Source: Octopus sinensis (taxonomy: Eukaryota). From it: 64,000 nucleotides of DNA. The stretch covers positions 28,768,001 to 28,832,000 of the forward strand of contig NC_043014.1 in assembly GCF_006345805.1 (NCBI RefSeq). The letters run 5' to 3'. Position numbers and translations under genes: made by a program. Below, piece after piece: positions 1 to 11,851 of this stretch; the first letter of the stretch is position 1; each line of letters begins with the position of its first letter. Below the pieces are notes generated by a model. That model was not told the DNA's origin, did no database searches, and saw nothing but the letters and a program-made list of their open reading frames with translations.

Positions 1-321
1 TTCTCTTTTCAACCAATCTCTATAGGTCCATTACAAATTTTTACCCACGAATTTATACGAAAACCTAGAACCACTTGGTTTTTTCCGAAGAAAAGGCAAA
101 AGTAGCGTGAAGATTTGTAAGATATTCCAAGACTTCGCCCTCTGAGATTCTTTAGGTGAATAGATGCACACACTTGGGTGTTGCACGGATAACTCAACCG
201 ACGCACCAACTCAACTACAGATTTACAAACGCCGGGAACGCTCTTAGCTTAAAAAGTCTTGTCGCTTTGGTAGCGACCGGCTTAAACTCTCTTATGAACA
301 GCTTAAAGCCCAATGAAAAAA

Positions 322-620
322 CACATACATACATACATCCTTTCTTACATACATACACACACTCACATACATATATACATATATACATACATACTCACAT
401 GCATACATACATAGATACATAGATACATACATGCATACATCCATACATACATACATGCATATATGCATGCATACATACATACATACATATATACATTCAC
501 ACATACATACATACGTGCATACATACATACATGCATACATACATACATTCATACGTACATACATACATACATACATACATACATACATACATACATACAT
601 ACATGCATACATACATACAT
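322..620. repeat. (TACA)n compound microsatellite
   Basis: Directly visible TACA/TGCA/TA tandem units; source of the HTYI/MYVC ORFs. Confidence 0.95.
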
Positions 621-1551
621 GGTAGAAGTGAGTTTGTATTGAGTGCACAGTGTTGCACAGCATTCAATCCACTCTCCAGGGCAATCAGCTACAAAACCAG
701 TGGCGCAACAAAGGGTAAAATGACCTGAAAACAACTGCATATTATGTTGTTTTTTTTTATACGAGTTTTCCTTCTCCTAGAAGTTCTAACGAGAACTATA
801 GGTCTTTCACTCCCAGCGGTTCACATGCTATTTAACCCCAAAGCTGGGATTCTAACAAGGACTGCTATTCCATGCCATAGTAGACCTGGGAACAACAGTG
901 GTTCTACATTCTTCAAAGCTCTGGAACGCCCTACCAGGGCCCAGCAACTGGATACAGTCATGGAAACACATGCATACATTACTATAGTTAATTCTTCAAT
1001 GGATGTGAGACTATTTCATAATCTTTAAAAGTAAAAATTTATCGATCATATGAAATGCTCCTTATGCCTCATATCAAGCGTATCTTATGTTAACTTGAGT
1101 GTTACCCGTCATATAATGGCTCACTTTGGAAGTATACGTTTGACACAAGCAGTAATACTAGGAAATATGGCATACATAATGATGATTAAGAAAAATATTA
1201 ATTACATTAGAATATAATAAAAGAAAAAATGAACCAAAATTACTCTCTGTGGAAGTTCACACACGTACTCACACTCCATCCCTTCCATTCTCTCTCTCTC
1301 TCTCTCTCTCTCTATCACACTCCCTTTCACTCTCTGTGAATGTGTAAATATATACGTGTGTGTGTGTGTGTTTATGTGTGTGTGTTTGTATACGTGTGTG
1401 TGCATGTGTTTTGTGTATACATGCACACACAGACATTCCCTCTTTTGTCTTTATGCGTTTCTCTCTCTCGCTCTGTATGTCTGTGTGTCCATGTGCAAAG
1501 CTTTCATTTACTCAAAACCTGCCATCTTATGTTAACTCTTTATTTTATTTA

Positions 1552-1842
1552 TTTATGCGCCCTTTTCAACCCAAGCCAAGCTCATGGGCCCGGTTTCCCG
1601 GTTTCTATGGCGTATGTGTTCCCCCAGCCAGTCCATCGTAGCGTTACTCAAGAAACAGGAAGAAAGAGTGAGAAAAAGTTGGGGCGAAAGAGTAAAACAG
1701 GGGTCGCCCCAACCGTTACCGGTGTCTCGTGGAGCTTTAGGTGTTTCGCTCTATAAACACACAATGCCCGGTCTGGGAATCGAAACCGTGATCCTCCGAC
1801 CGCGAGGCCGCTGCCCTAACCACTGGGCCATTGCGCCTCCAC
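1552..1842 (-). mobile_element. tRNA-derived SINE, family A (octopus OR-like)
   Basis: Reverse strand begins GTGGAGGCGCAATGGCCCAGTGGTTAGGG (A-box-like), then GGTTTCGATTCC (B-box-like). Tail GGAAACCGGGCCCATGAGC is shared with 2411-2665. Confidence 0.85.
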
Positions 1843-2254
1843 ATATTAACTCTCTAATCTATCTATTACTCTCTTTTCCCTTGTACAATGTAAAGCGTGA
1901 CTGAAGACACCAACCAACCAACCAAACAATCAACCTTTATATCACCTCTTATTATATACAGATTAGCTGCCAAATTATGCCGACTCTACTTCGGTTTATA
2001 CATAAACTATGCAAACAGGTGTTTTGCATGCATTTTCATTACATTTTACTCTCATACGACAATAATCTAAGAGTAAAGTGAAGTCTCCGATGTCAACTGT
2101 AATTGAACATAAATATGCTTTCTTCGGATATCAGCAATGTGGATTGATCGCGGAAACAACAAAGGAGACGTTTTCCCTTCTCACAAAACACTAACACGCC
2201 CCTCCTTTGATTACAATTCTTAATTGATTACTAGCTAACTAGTTGCTGCTGCTG

Positions 2255-2287
<33 letters not shown>

Positions 2288-2377
2288 GTAGTAGTAGTAG
2301 TACTACTACTACTACTACTACTACTACTACATGCTCTCATACACATATATCTAATAATCTAATTAGTTGACATTATG

Positions 2378-2410
<33 letters not shown>

Positions 2411-2413
<3 letters not shown>

Positions 2414-2664
2414 GAGGCGTGGGCTTAGTGGTTAGGGTGTCAGCATCATGATCGTAAGATTGTGGTTTCGATTCCTGCACCGGACGACGCGTTGTGTTCT
2501 TGAGCAAAACACTTCATTTCACGTTGCTCCAGTTCACTCAGCTGGCAAAATTGAGTAACACTGAGACGGACTGGCGTCCTGTCCGGCTGGGGAACACAAA
2601 CGCCATTGAAATCGGGAAACCGGGCCCATGAGCCTGGCTGGGCTTTAAAAGAGCGCATTTATTT

Positions 2665-2665
<1 letters not shown>
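2411..2665 (+). mobile_element. tRNA-derived SINE, family A variant with CORE-like centre
   Basis: GTGGAGGCGTGGGCTTAGTGGTTAGGG ... GTTTCGATTCC head; central GTGTTCTTGAGCAAAACACTT resembles the CORE-SINE domain; same tail as 1552-1842. Confidence 0.8.
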
Positions 2666-2707
<42 letters not shown>

Positions 2708-2767
2708 CCTTCAACATTTTCTATCCAAAAATGATTTTCAACTTAATATTTACGCGCTTTAATTATA

Positions 2768-3180
2768 GTGGCAAGCTGGCTGGATCATCAGCACGCCGAG
2801 CGAAATGCTTATCGACATTTCGTCCGTCTTTATGTTATGAGTTCAAATACCACCGAGGTCAACTTCAAATACCACCGAGTTGAGCACTGGGTTCGATGTC
2901 ATCGACTTGACCCTTCCACTTAAATTGCTGTCCTTGAGCCATTGTCCTTGCTCGCTATTATTTAGGGCTTTACATAAGGCGGCGAGCTGGCAGAACCGTT
3001 AGTACCTTGAGCAAAATGCTCAGAGACATTTCGTCCGTCTTTACGTTCTGAGTTCAAATTCCGTTGGGTCAAGTTTGCTTTTTCATCCCTTTCGGGCTTG
3101 ACAAATTGGGTACCAGGCGAGAAATGGAGGCAATGCAATCAACAAGTCTCTTTCCGTTTGTGCCTATAAGAGAAAAGGGT
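2768..3180 (+). mobile_element. two tandem SINE family B copies (GGCGGCGAGCTGGCAGAA head)
   Basis: Copies at ~2768-2945 (internal TTCAAATACCACCGAG duplication) and ~2978-3180; B-box-like GAGTTCAAATTCC; more than 10 homologues elsewhere in the window. Confidence 0.8.
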
Positions 3181-3965
3181 TATACATGCTTCAAACTTCA
3201 ATTTTTAAAAACACACACATGTATATATAGAGGGAATGAGAGAGAACTGCTACCTTTAAGAAAATTTATTTACTCCATGCAAACTTAAATTTTCGTAATT
3301 TCTATCCTTTATAGTCGAAGAGATGAGCAAGCACATGTCCGTATATAAAACAGATGATAAAACGTGCTCTTGGTCTTCTTTGTGTATAGTTCTCTAGTTA
3401 TGTACACACACTATCACGCATATGCACTCAACACATACACAAGAATATATATACATGTATCTTTCTCCGATTGTATTTATCTCTCACACATTAATGATTT
3501 TATTATATCTATCTATCTATCTATCTATCTATCTCTTTCTATCTATCTATCTATCTATCTATCTATCACCCCTACCTCTCTCAATCTATCTATCTATCTA
3601 TCACCCCCATCTCTCTCCATCAATCTATCGCCCTCTCTCTATAACTCCTCCTTTGCTCTTGTCTGCCAACTAATCAGCTAAACATACACAATTTCATGGG
3701 ACAATAATATTCGATTTTCGTAAAATGTAAAATTTAAGACTAGTTATTTTAATATTGTCACTGTTCAACCTCCCTCCCTTCCTTACTCTCACTGCAACAG
3801 TGTGAGTAAGGGAGGGTGGGAGGGAAGGAGGGAGAGTAGTAGAAGTAGTAGTAGTAGTAGGAGGAGGAGGAGGAGGAAGAGGAGGAGGAGAAGAGTATGT
3901 GTGTATGTGAGTGAGACAGACGAAATGACAGCATATTGTGTCATGAAGTTAAGATGTGGCTGGAA

Positions 3966-4041
3966 TTAGATAATAGATTCCACGTTTGCGTATTCAGGTT
4001 TTGTACATGCCCGCTTCTGCAGCGTCGAGAAATTTCGATAG
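3966..4041 (-). other. candidate host exon (putative end of a short ORF)
   Basis: Minus-strand acceptor TTTTTGTTGCTTCTTCAG|C at 4041; the frame continuing the phase-2 exon at 4645-4690 stays open to TAA at 3966-3968. No homology support. Confidence 0.2.
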
Positions 4042-4179
4042 CTGAAGAAGCAACAAAAATGAACACACACACACACACACACAGACACACACATACACAA
4101 ACACACACACATTCACACATACACATACACACATATATGTGTGTGCGTGTGTGTGTATGTCTATAAATATATTAATATG

Positions 4180-4218
<39 letters not shown>

Positions 4219-4644
4219 ACATAGAAAAATTTCGTTTCCCTCAATTCTGTGTGTGTATATTTACATGTGTGCATGTGTGCGTGTGTGTGTACGTGTGTAA
4301 ACAAGAGAGAAAGAGAGAGAGAGAGAGAAAGGGAGAGGGAGAGAGAGAAAGAGAGTGAGAAAGAGGGAGAATGAACGAATGAGTGAATTATGATTCTACA
4401 AGCGTACGTTCGTATGAAAAAGAATAATTGTTAGAAACATGTTGAAATGTAGAAATAGCGAAATAAAGAATGAAGAAAGAAACGTGTGGTGATATATAAT
4501 GGAACGAAATGGTAAAAATGAATGGACAGAATATGTGAAGAAATACACCAGCATATCCCATACTGCGTCACTTCTACCCAGGTTAGCAGCACCCGACGGT
4601 AAAAAGATCGATAGTGGTTGCTGTTTAAAAGTCTCGTTTCTCAC

Positions 4645-4690
4645 CTTGCAGTTGTTTCGGCCATTTCAAACGCTATCCTTCACGGCTTCG
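4645..4690 (-). other. candidate start-codon-containing exon (MAETTA...)
   Basis: Minus strand: TTTCTATTTTAG| 46-nt exon |GTGAGA, with AAG before the donor; GAAATGG Kozak context (ATG at 4664); in-frame TGA upstream of the ATG; non-repetitive, CpG-containing island. Confidence 0.35.
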
Positions 4691-4900
4691 CTAAAATAGA
4701 AATTTCTCATTGGAAACACCCACACCTATTAGCACAATGTTAAAGTCAAATCCATTACCACAAATACACATTCTTCACACATTTACAAGATTTTTTCAGA
4801 AATATTTTTGAATTCTACTATTGTAATCTTTTCCTTGTCATCTCTTTATATCCGAATAACTTATAATCGAATAATTTATGAACAAAATCTTCAATTTTGC

Positions 4901-4931
<31 letters not shown>

Positions 4932-5083
4932 CAAGCACACACACACATACAGAGAGAGAGGGGGGAGAGAGAGAGTGGGAGAGAGAGGAAAAGAGAGAGA
5001 AAACTACGTTTGTAAACCTCAAAATCGATGGAAATAGCGGACTAAAAGTGTGTGTGTGCATATCCAGATTTAATTTAATATAT

Positions 5084-5150
5084 TGGTACTCCAGCATGAC
5101 CGGTACCGCATGGCTGAAACGAGTAAAAGTGTAAAACAATAAAAGAATAT
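5084..5150 (+). mobile_element. isolated 3' tail of SINE family C or its partner LINE
   Basis: GGTACTCCAGCATGACC...CTGAAACGAGTAAAAG...AAAAGAAT matches the tail of 15211-15615. Confidence 0.65.
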
Positions 5151-5240
5151 ATATGTGTGTGTGTGTGTGCGTGTGTGTGTGTGTGAATGTATATATGTGT
5201 ATACATGCAGATATATATATACATATATATTTATATATAA

Positions 5241-5478
5241 GGGCGGCGAGCTGGCAGAACAGAATCGTTAGCACGCCAGGTAAAATACTTAGCGGTATTT
5301 TGTCTGCCGCTACGTTCTGAGTTCAAATTCCGCCGAGGTCGGATTTGCCTTTCGTCATTTCGGGGTTAATTAAATAAGTATTAATTACGCACTGGGTTGA
5401 TGTAAGCGACTTAATCCCTTTCTCTGTCCTTGTTTGTCCCCTCTCTATGTTTAGCACCCTGTGGGCAATAAATAAATG
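5241..5478 (+). mobile_element. SINE family B with alternative tail (type 2)
   Basis: Family-B head and body followed by CCCTTTCTCTGTCCTTGTTTGTCCCCTCTCTATGTTTAGCACCCTGTGGGCAATAAA. Confidence 0.85.
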
Positions 5479-5606
5479 AATATGTATATAAAGAGAGAGA
5501 AGGAGATGGAAATTTATGAGGAAATTAGAGGGAGAAAGTGAGAGCAAAAATACGAGGACAATAGTGCGCGCGTGTGCGTGTATGTGTTTGTGTGTGTGTG
5601 CGGATG

Positions 5607-5638
<32 letters not shown>

Positions 5639-5771
5639 TTTCTTTGTAAATTTCAAAATCAATGCTTCCCATGAATATTCCCTCATACTTTGTAGAGTTT
5701 ACTAGCTAGCCTTGCTTTGTTGCTGCCAAAAATCGCCACCACCACAACCACCGCCACTACTACTACTACTG

Positions 5772-5816
<45 letters not shown>

Positions 5817-6159
5817 TTGAAACTACCGTTCATCTTATTCCGTATTCAACATCATTATCGTCATAGTTACCGCTCCACAGCGAGTATATTTACGACATAA
5901 TCGGATTCCCTCAACAACACATGTAAACAAAGCTAACGGTTAGAAAATGAATAACCAGTGAAACTGATATGATTATAGCATTCACACTATACTGTTGACA
6001 TTGGAAAGGATAATGAAATACTGTTGAACAATTCATGCACTTTTATTGTTGTTGCTGCTGCTGCTGCTGCTTTTGATGCCGTTATTCTTATTTGGTTGGA
6101 TTTATGTGGATAGCGGGTTACTACCTGTAACCTTAAGTATCCACAAGTCTTCGGTAGTC

Positions 6160-6290
6160 TATCATTTCGGGGTCGATTAAATAAGTACCAGTTACGCACT
6201 GGGGTCGATGTAATCGACTTAATCACTTTGTCTGTCCTTGTTTGTTCCCTCTATGTTTAGCCCCTTGTGGGCAATAAAAATATATAAAAA
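6160..6290 (+). mobile_element. 5'-truncated SINE family B, type-2 tail
   Basis: TTTCGGGGTCGATTAAATAAGTACCAG...GCCCCTTGTGGGCAATAAA matches the 3' half of 5241-5478. Confidence 0.8.
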
Positions 6291-6304
6291 AATTATTATT
6301 ATTA

Positions 6305-6422
6305 TTGAGTGAGCGAGTAGTGCATGCCATCAAAATGACACTGGGGTAAAATATAAGAAGCCCAGTATACCCATCATGACTACCCCTCTGATAAGGGTAC
6401 ACTAGGCACATGCATCACAGCC
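6305..6422 (-). mobile_element. (TAA)n-embedded ~0.55-kb non-coding element, 3' end only (copy 1)
   Basis: Matches the 3'-most ~120 bp of copies 2-5; flanked by (TTA)n on both sides. Confidence 0.8.
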
Positions 6423-6490
6423 TATTATTATTATTATTATTATTATTGTTGTTGTTGTTGTTGTTATTATTATTATTATTGTTATTATTA

Positions 6491-6532
<42 letters not shown>

Positions 6533-6579
6533 TATCATCATCATCATCATCATCATCATTATTATTACTATTATTATTA

Positions 6580-6770
6580 AGCGGCGCGCCGGACGAAATG
6601 GCTAGTGGTATTTAGCCCGTTGTTATGTTCTGAGTTCAATTTCCACAGAGGTCGACGTTACCTTTCATCCTTTCTGGGACTATAAAATAAGTGCCAGTTG
6701 AACACTAGACTCCATGTAATCGACTCATCCCCACCTCCCCCAAGCTGACCTTGTGGCAAAAGTTTGAATA
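6580..6770 (+). mobile_element. SINE family B, type-1 tail
   Basis: CGCCGGACGAAATG...TTCTGAGTTCAATTTCC...GAGGTCGAC...CCTTGTGGCAAAAGTTTGAA. Confidence 0.75.
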
Positions 6771-6784
6771 ATAATAATAATAAT

Positions 6785-6832
<48 letters not shown>

Positions 6833-6846
6833 TATTATCATCATCA

Positions 6847-6885
<39 letters not shown>

Positions 6886-6887
<2 letters not shown>

Positions 6888-7402
6888 GAGTGAGAGAGCA
6901 GTGCATGCCATCAAAGTGAGACTGGGGTAAAATATACGAAGCCCAGTATATCCATCATGACACATGCATCACAACCATATGTGCGCAACATGGTGATTTC
7001 CTATCAAGATAATCAGCGCATGACTTTGCAGGTGGGGCCCAGTTAGAATTTTCTTCGTGTCGAGTAGTCCAGCCGTTCAAAAGGGCTGTTTAAGGATGTA
7101 GAAAAAAATACTCATGTTTCCAAAGGTGAATTATCCAAACCCAAAATAATTCCTCTCAACACATAGTTATGATGCTATCCCACTACTTCTACACGTGATC
7201 AGAGATGCACATATCATCAGCCACTAAGAGACATGCTCAACAGGTAAAGGTCAAGCAGCTGACTACCAAATCTGTGGTATTGAGCAGAATATTTGCTGCA
7301 GCCCATCTTTTATACCAAGACAAAACAATGTGTATGATAACACTTCCAACCATTTAAGATCAAAAGCCATGAGTGGCAGTGTCTGGTACTGCATCAGGGT
7401 GT
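6886..7402 (-). mobile_element. (TAA)n-embedded ~0.55-kb element (copy 2, near full length)
   Basis: Colinear reverse complement of 39985-40513 with small deletions; triplet-repeat flanks. Confidence 0.85.
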
Positions 7403-7406
7403 TTAT

Positions 7407-7474
<68 letters not shown>

Positions 7475-7516
7475 TTATTATTATTATTATTATTGTTATT
7501 GTTATTGTTATTGTTA

Positions 7517-7715
7517 AGGCCGAATCATTAGTTAGCACGCCAGGCAAAATGCTTAGAGGCATTTCATCCGTTTTCACGTTCTGAGTTCAAATTCCACTAA
7601 GGTGGTTAAATTTACCTTTCATCTTTACGGAGCTGATGAAATAAGTGTCAGTCAAATTCTGGGTATGATGAAATCGACTTACTCTTTCCCCAAAATTTCA
7701 AGCACAGTGTCTATA
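7517..7715 (+). mobile_element. SINE family B, type-1 tail
   Basis: GTTAGCACGCCAGGCAAAATGCTTAG...TTCTGAGTTCAAATTCC...CCCCAAAATTTCAAG. Confidence 0.75.
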
Positions 7716-7724
7716 TATTTATTA

Positions 7725-8234
7725 TTGAGTGAGAAAGACTGGGGTAAAATATATGAAGCCTAGTATACCCATCATGACTACTCGTCTGATCAGGGTACAC
7801 CAGACACGTGCATTACAACCACATGTGTGCGACCTGGTGATCTCATATCAAGATAAACAACGCATGATCTTGTATGTTAGAATTTTCTTCAGGTCGAGTA
7901 GCCCATTCCGCTCAAAAGGTTCCTGAATAAGGGTTGTTTAAGGATGTTGAACAGAACACACGTGTTTCCAGAGGTGAATAATTCAAACCCCAAAGAATTT
8001 CTCTCAACACTTGGCTATGATGCTCTCCACTACTTCTGCTCGTGATCAGAGGGGCACATATGGATATACTCAACTGGTTAAGGTCAAACAACTGACAAGC
8101 AAATCTGTGGTATTGAGCAGAATATTTGCCGTAGCCCATCTTTTATACTAAGACAAAACATGTACATGATAACACTACTAATCAGTTAAGATCAGAAGCC
8201 ATGAGAGGCAGTGTCTGGTACTGCATCAATGCAT
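7725..8234 (-). mobile_element. (TAA)n-embedded ~0.55-kb element (copy 3)
   Basis: Colinear with copies 2 and 5; same 5' start (...TGATGCAGTACCAG); (TTA/TCA)n tract follows to ~8400. Confidence 0.85.
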
Positions 8235-8287
8235 TTAATATTATTATTATCATTATTATTATTATTATTATTATCATTATTATTATT

Positions 8288-8346
<59 letters not shown>

Positions 8347-8356
8347 TATTATTATG

Positions 8357-8406
<50 letters not shown>

Positions 8407-11400
8407 GTTGCAGTATTTTCCTTCGTCGGATTATGAGTACTATGACTGCTGCTACTCACAATGCTTAAAACTTTACGAATGTATTTTAGCCTCAAGTCAC
8501 CCCTCATCAACCACCACTCATCTGCAGCTTAACCGGAGCTAAGTTGTAAGCCATGAGAAAATGAAGATACGAAGCAATTGGAGAAAAAGTATATGAAACT
8601 GACTGTTATTCATTCATTTATTTATTCGTTTTTGCCTTAATCGCAACAGGTGTAGAGAAGCTGTGAAGTCGTGGATTATATATTTGTAAATTGGTCACGT
8701 GCAAAAGTCTGCCTTTTCACTGGTCCCTGCCTCACTCTAGTTACATGTACACTCTGCAATGTAGCTGGCTGAGACAAGAGACCAGGCGTGGCCCTAATCA
8801 CACTCTTTGTTCGATGCTAAAAGGTAAAAATTCAGAAATATATGGTGCACGGTGAAGAAGTTCCAGGTAATTGCTGCAATAAGTTGCCTCCTCAACCTTT
8901 ACTCCCATTAACGTTTTTTTTTTCAATATTTAAGGACGATTTATTTACAATATTAAGTTTTTGTTTATACTTCTATGTGTACGAATTTCAAAGATTTTCA
9001 GATGTTTGTAATGCAATTATGAAAGGAATGAAGATTTCTAGTCATTAAAAATATGAAAGAGGGCCTGGATGTGTAATGTATTTCACCAGTAACAACAAAG
9101 AACGTTCTAAAACGAAATATAAAAGCTTTATATCCATGTCTTGACTATAGACAATACAATGTTTTTCCTAATTCAATCATTTCATTATTCTTGGGGGTCT
9201 CCGTCAGAGTCAAAATGAAACGCTACACCATCATTAATAGTTTTGAGATGGAACCGAAACTAGTAACCTTAAGCAACTGGAATTGACTTCTTTTGAATTA
9301 CATGTTGTGTGTCTCTGTTGGTAGAAATAAATATATCCTGTGATCTTCATCCTCTCTGCACATGCTCTGAAGAAGACGAGCGAAATTTGTGGAGCAACTC
9401 CCTGATGGATTTCTGTTCTTAGAAACTCCTTATACTTGACGGGTTTTTGTTCCTGATGGTGAGGACTTTTGACAATTGGTGCTATAATAGTGCATCAAAA
9501 TATGTAGCACGGCCCTTTTATTAAGGAGCATAGAATTTGAGTATTTTTTAGGCAAAACGTGACAGTGCAATGCCTCTGTAGTTTTGAGACAGATGATCAT
9601 CGTCTTTTGGAAGTGGAAGAAACTGAAAACGAAAGCTAGCAAAACTAACGGAGAGAATATTCCTGGTTTTGTGTTGTGAACGCATCTCGGTTTCGGCCGC
9701 TTGAAGAAGAAGAATTTTTCATTAATTTTAACATTTTCAAGGTTTTATCAGCAACCAGTCTTTAATAATGGCAATAAAGAAACTATTCATTTCTGCTAAA
9801 GACACTCTGAAGGTAGATATCTCAGCATGAAAGCTTTCTCTCTAATTTCTAGAAGCTGTATTAAAAATGGCGAAATTGTTATAAAATACTTATGAAATTT
9901 TGAACAGACATCATTGAAAACACATGGAATATATTTTTCATCTTCGGTATTATAAACGGTTCGCTATTTTAAATGCATTATAACTTGAAATAATAAAGGA
10001 AATAATTACCTCAGATTTCTAATTATAATTTGTAAAATAAATGTTGCATATTTATTTGAATAAAATATTTAAAAAAGACGATCGATGTGTTTAAGATTCT
10101 ATTTTCTTTCGAGTTTTTTGCATATATAAATGATTCTTTCAGAAATGCCAGCAACAAAATAAATAAATAAATAAATAAACAAACAAACAATTATACGGTT
10201 ATTATATCTATCTTTTGAAGGCTTTTGATATTCATTTTTTAAACATGTTAATGTTTATTGATTAGGATATCAATTATCGAATGATTCGGAAGCAGTATAT
10301 TACTGATATTCATCTAACGACTTTGGACATTTAATTTTGTCCTGTGAAATTTCAACAAACATCGTATCAGATGATATATTATATTATAGCGAGGTAATAA
10401 ATATAAATTATCTCATGGTAGGTACTTCAATCCGATGTCATCAGATCGTTAATTAGTTAACTTTGTTGCAGTATAAAAAATTATTTTTGTCTTAGAAATA
10501 AAGCAGGTGAGTAGACTGACAGAATAGAATGTTACAGTGGAAGGCTGAAGGGAGCTCAAGGCAGTTGCTTAATCTGCGATGCTGAGGAAAAAAAAAGAAG
10601 AAAAGTCAAATTTCCTTCAAAATTCATGTTGCCCTCTTCAAAAAGGATAGATTACGTAATGAAATCCAGGGAAGCTACTGTTGAATAAAACACGAGAGAG
10701 TCTTTTTTTCCAGTCTGATTAATTCTCAAATTCCATTGAAGTCGACTTTACCTTTATCTGTTTATAGTCAATAAACCAAATTACGCGGCCTGATCGATTG
10801 ATCAAATTTCTTTCCATAAAAACTAAACACTTGGCTTGTGCAAAGGTTCATGTATCATGACAATAATAGAGGTAATATTTATCTCCACGTCAACGTTCTG
10901 TTTAAACAAACGATAGTGTTATAGTTACCAGGAGAAAAAAAACTATCATATTGGTTTTGGCGCAAAATGCATACTTGGTTATATAGTTAACGGGGAAATA
11001 AATCCCCGCTACCTCCAGCGCCAAGACCATTAGATCATATGATTTCCATCTTCATTTGTCTTGTCAATGATGGACGCTCGGCCGTTTGAGATAGAGAGAA
11101 GATACGAGAGTACACGAGCCGTCAACAATGACGATGGTTTTTTTTATTATTAAAATTTGTGATAATTGCGAAATTATACTCCAATTCGATGCATTGTTGA
11201 AAACTATGTATGATGAAAGTTGTTAACGAGACTATGAGGATGTAAATAAAAGAGCAAAATTAATTGGAAAATAAGAACAAAAATATTTATCACTTCTCAA
11301 ATATCATACAGGTTTGATTACAATTAACATGTACAATATCTTGAAATCAATGATTCATTCGTTATTCTACATTATTTTATTTTCTACAATAAATGCATCT

Positions 11401-11851
11401 AGTTTCAAAAATGTTGTACATGTGTATGCTTTAAAAACTTCCAATATATATATGTATATTTGCAAATGTGCACAAAATCGTAGAAAGAGGTTGCATACAT
11501 TTTGAAAAGTTTTCAAGGGACAGCAAGTTTAGTTCATGCAAAAACTGCGCATTTACATAGATTTGAATCATTCAGTGTAAAAGGCTACAGATGTACATAA
11601 TAAGAACAGTCATGGCAAAAGTTCTTATAGAACAACACTTGTTGTATAGATATGAGCGAGGTACCAACAAGCCTTGGCATTCTGAATTCTCCATTTCTTG
11701 CTTTAAGCAGAAAACGCCCGAGAAAACAAAAACAAAAAGAGCAGAAATGATTTAATATCAGATTTAAACAGCTACTTCAGTCGACGGCGCCCGAGCACAA
11801 TAGAAGTCCAGTGAGTGAAATCAATAGATGAATAAAGAACTAAAAGAATAT

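Noticed and set aside
156-740. Overlapping HTYI/MYVC ORFs (also ~29 kb, 43.6 kb, 50.2 kb, 62-63.6 kb)
   Set aside because: Translations of (TACA)n, (CA)n and (TA)n microsatellites, which lack stops in several frames.
744-1028. 94-aa ORF in non-repetitive sequence
   Set aside because: No recognisable motif or splice structure; left unassigned.
1780-1842. tRNA-like sequences (also 2411, 15211, 30402, 52404)
   Set aside because: A/B boxes run directly into SINE bodies and no complete cloverleaf is evident; these are SINE heads, not tRNA genes.
6300-8400. CRISPR-like alternation of repeats and unique blocks (also 20-23.6 kb)
   Set aside because: The repeats are variable-length microsatellites and the spacers are transposon fragments; eukaryotic context, no cas genes.
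9365-9390. CTGAAGA...CGAAA hammerhead-like boxes
   Set aside because: No stem II pairing and no supporting stems.
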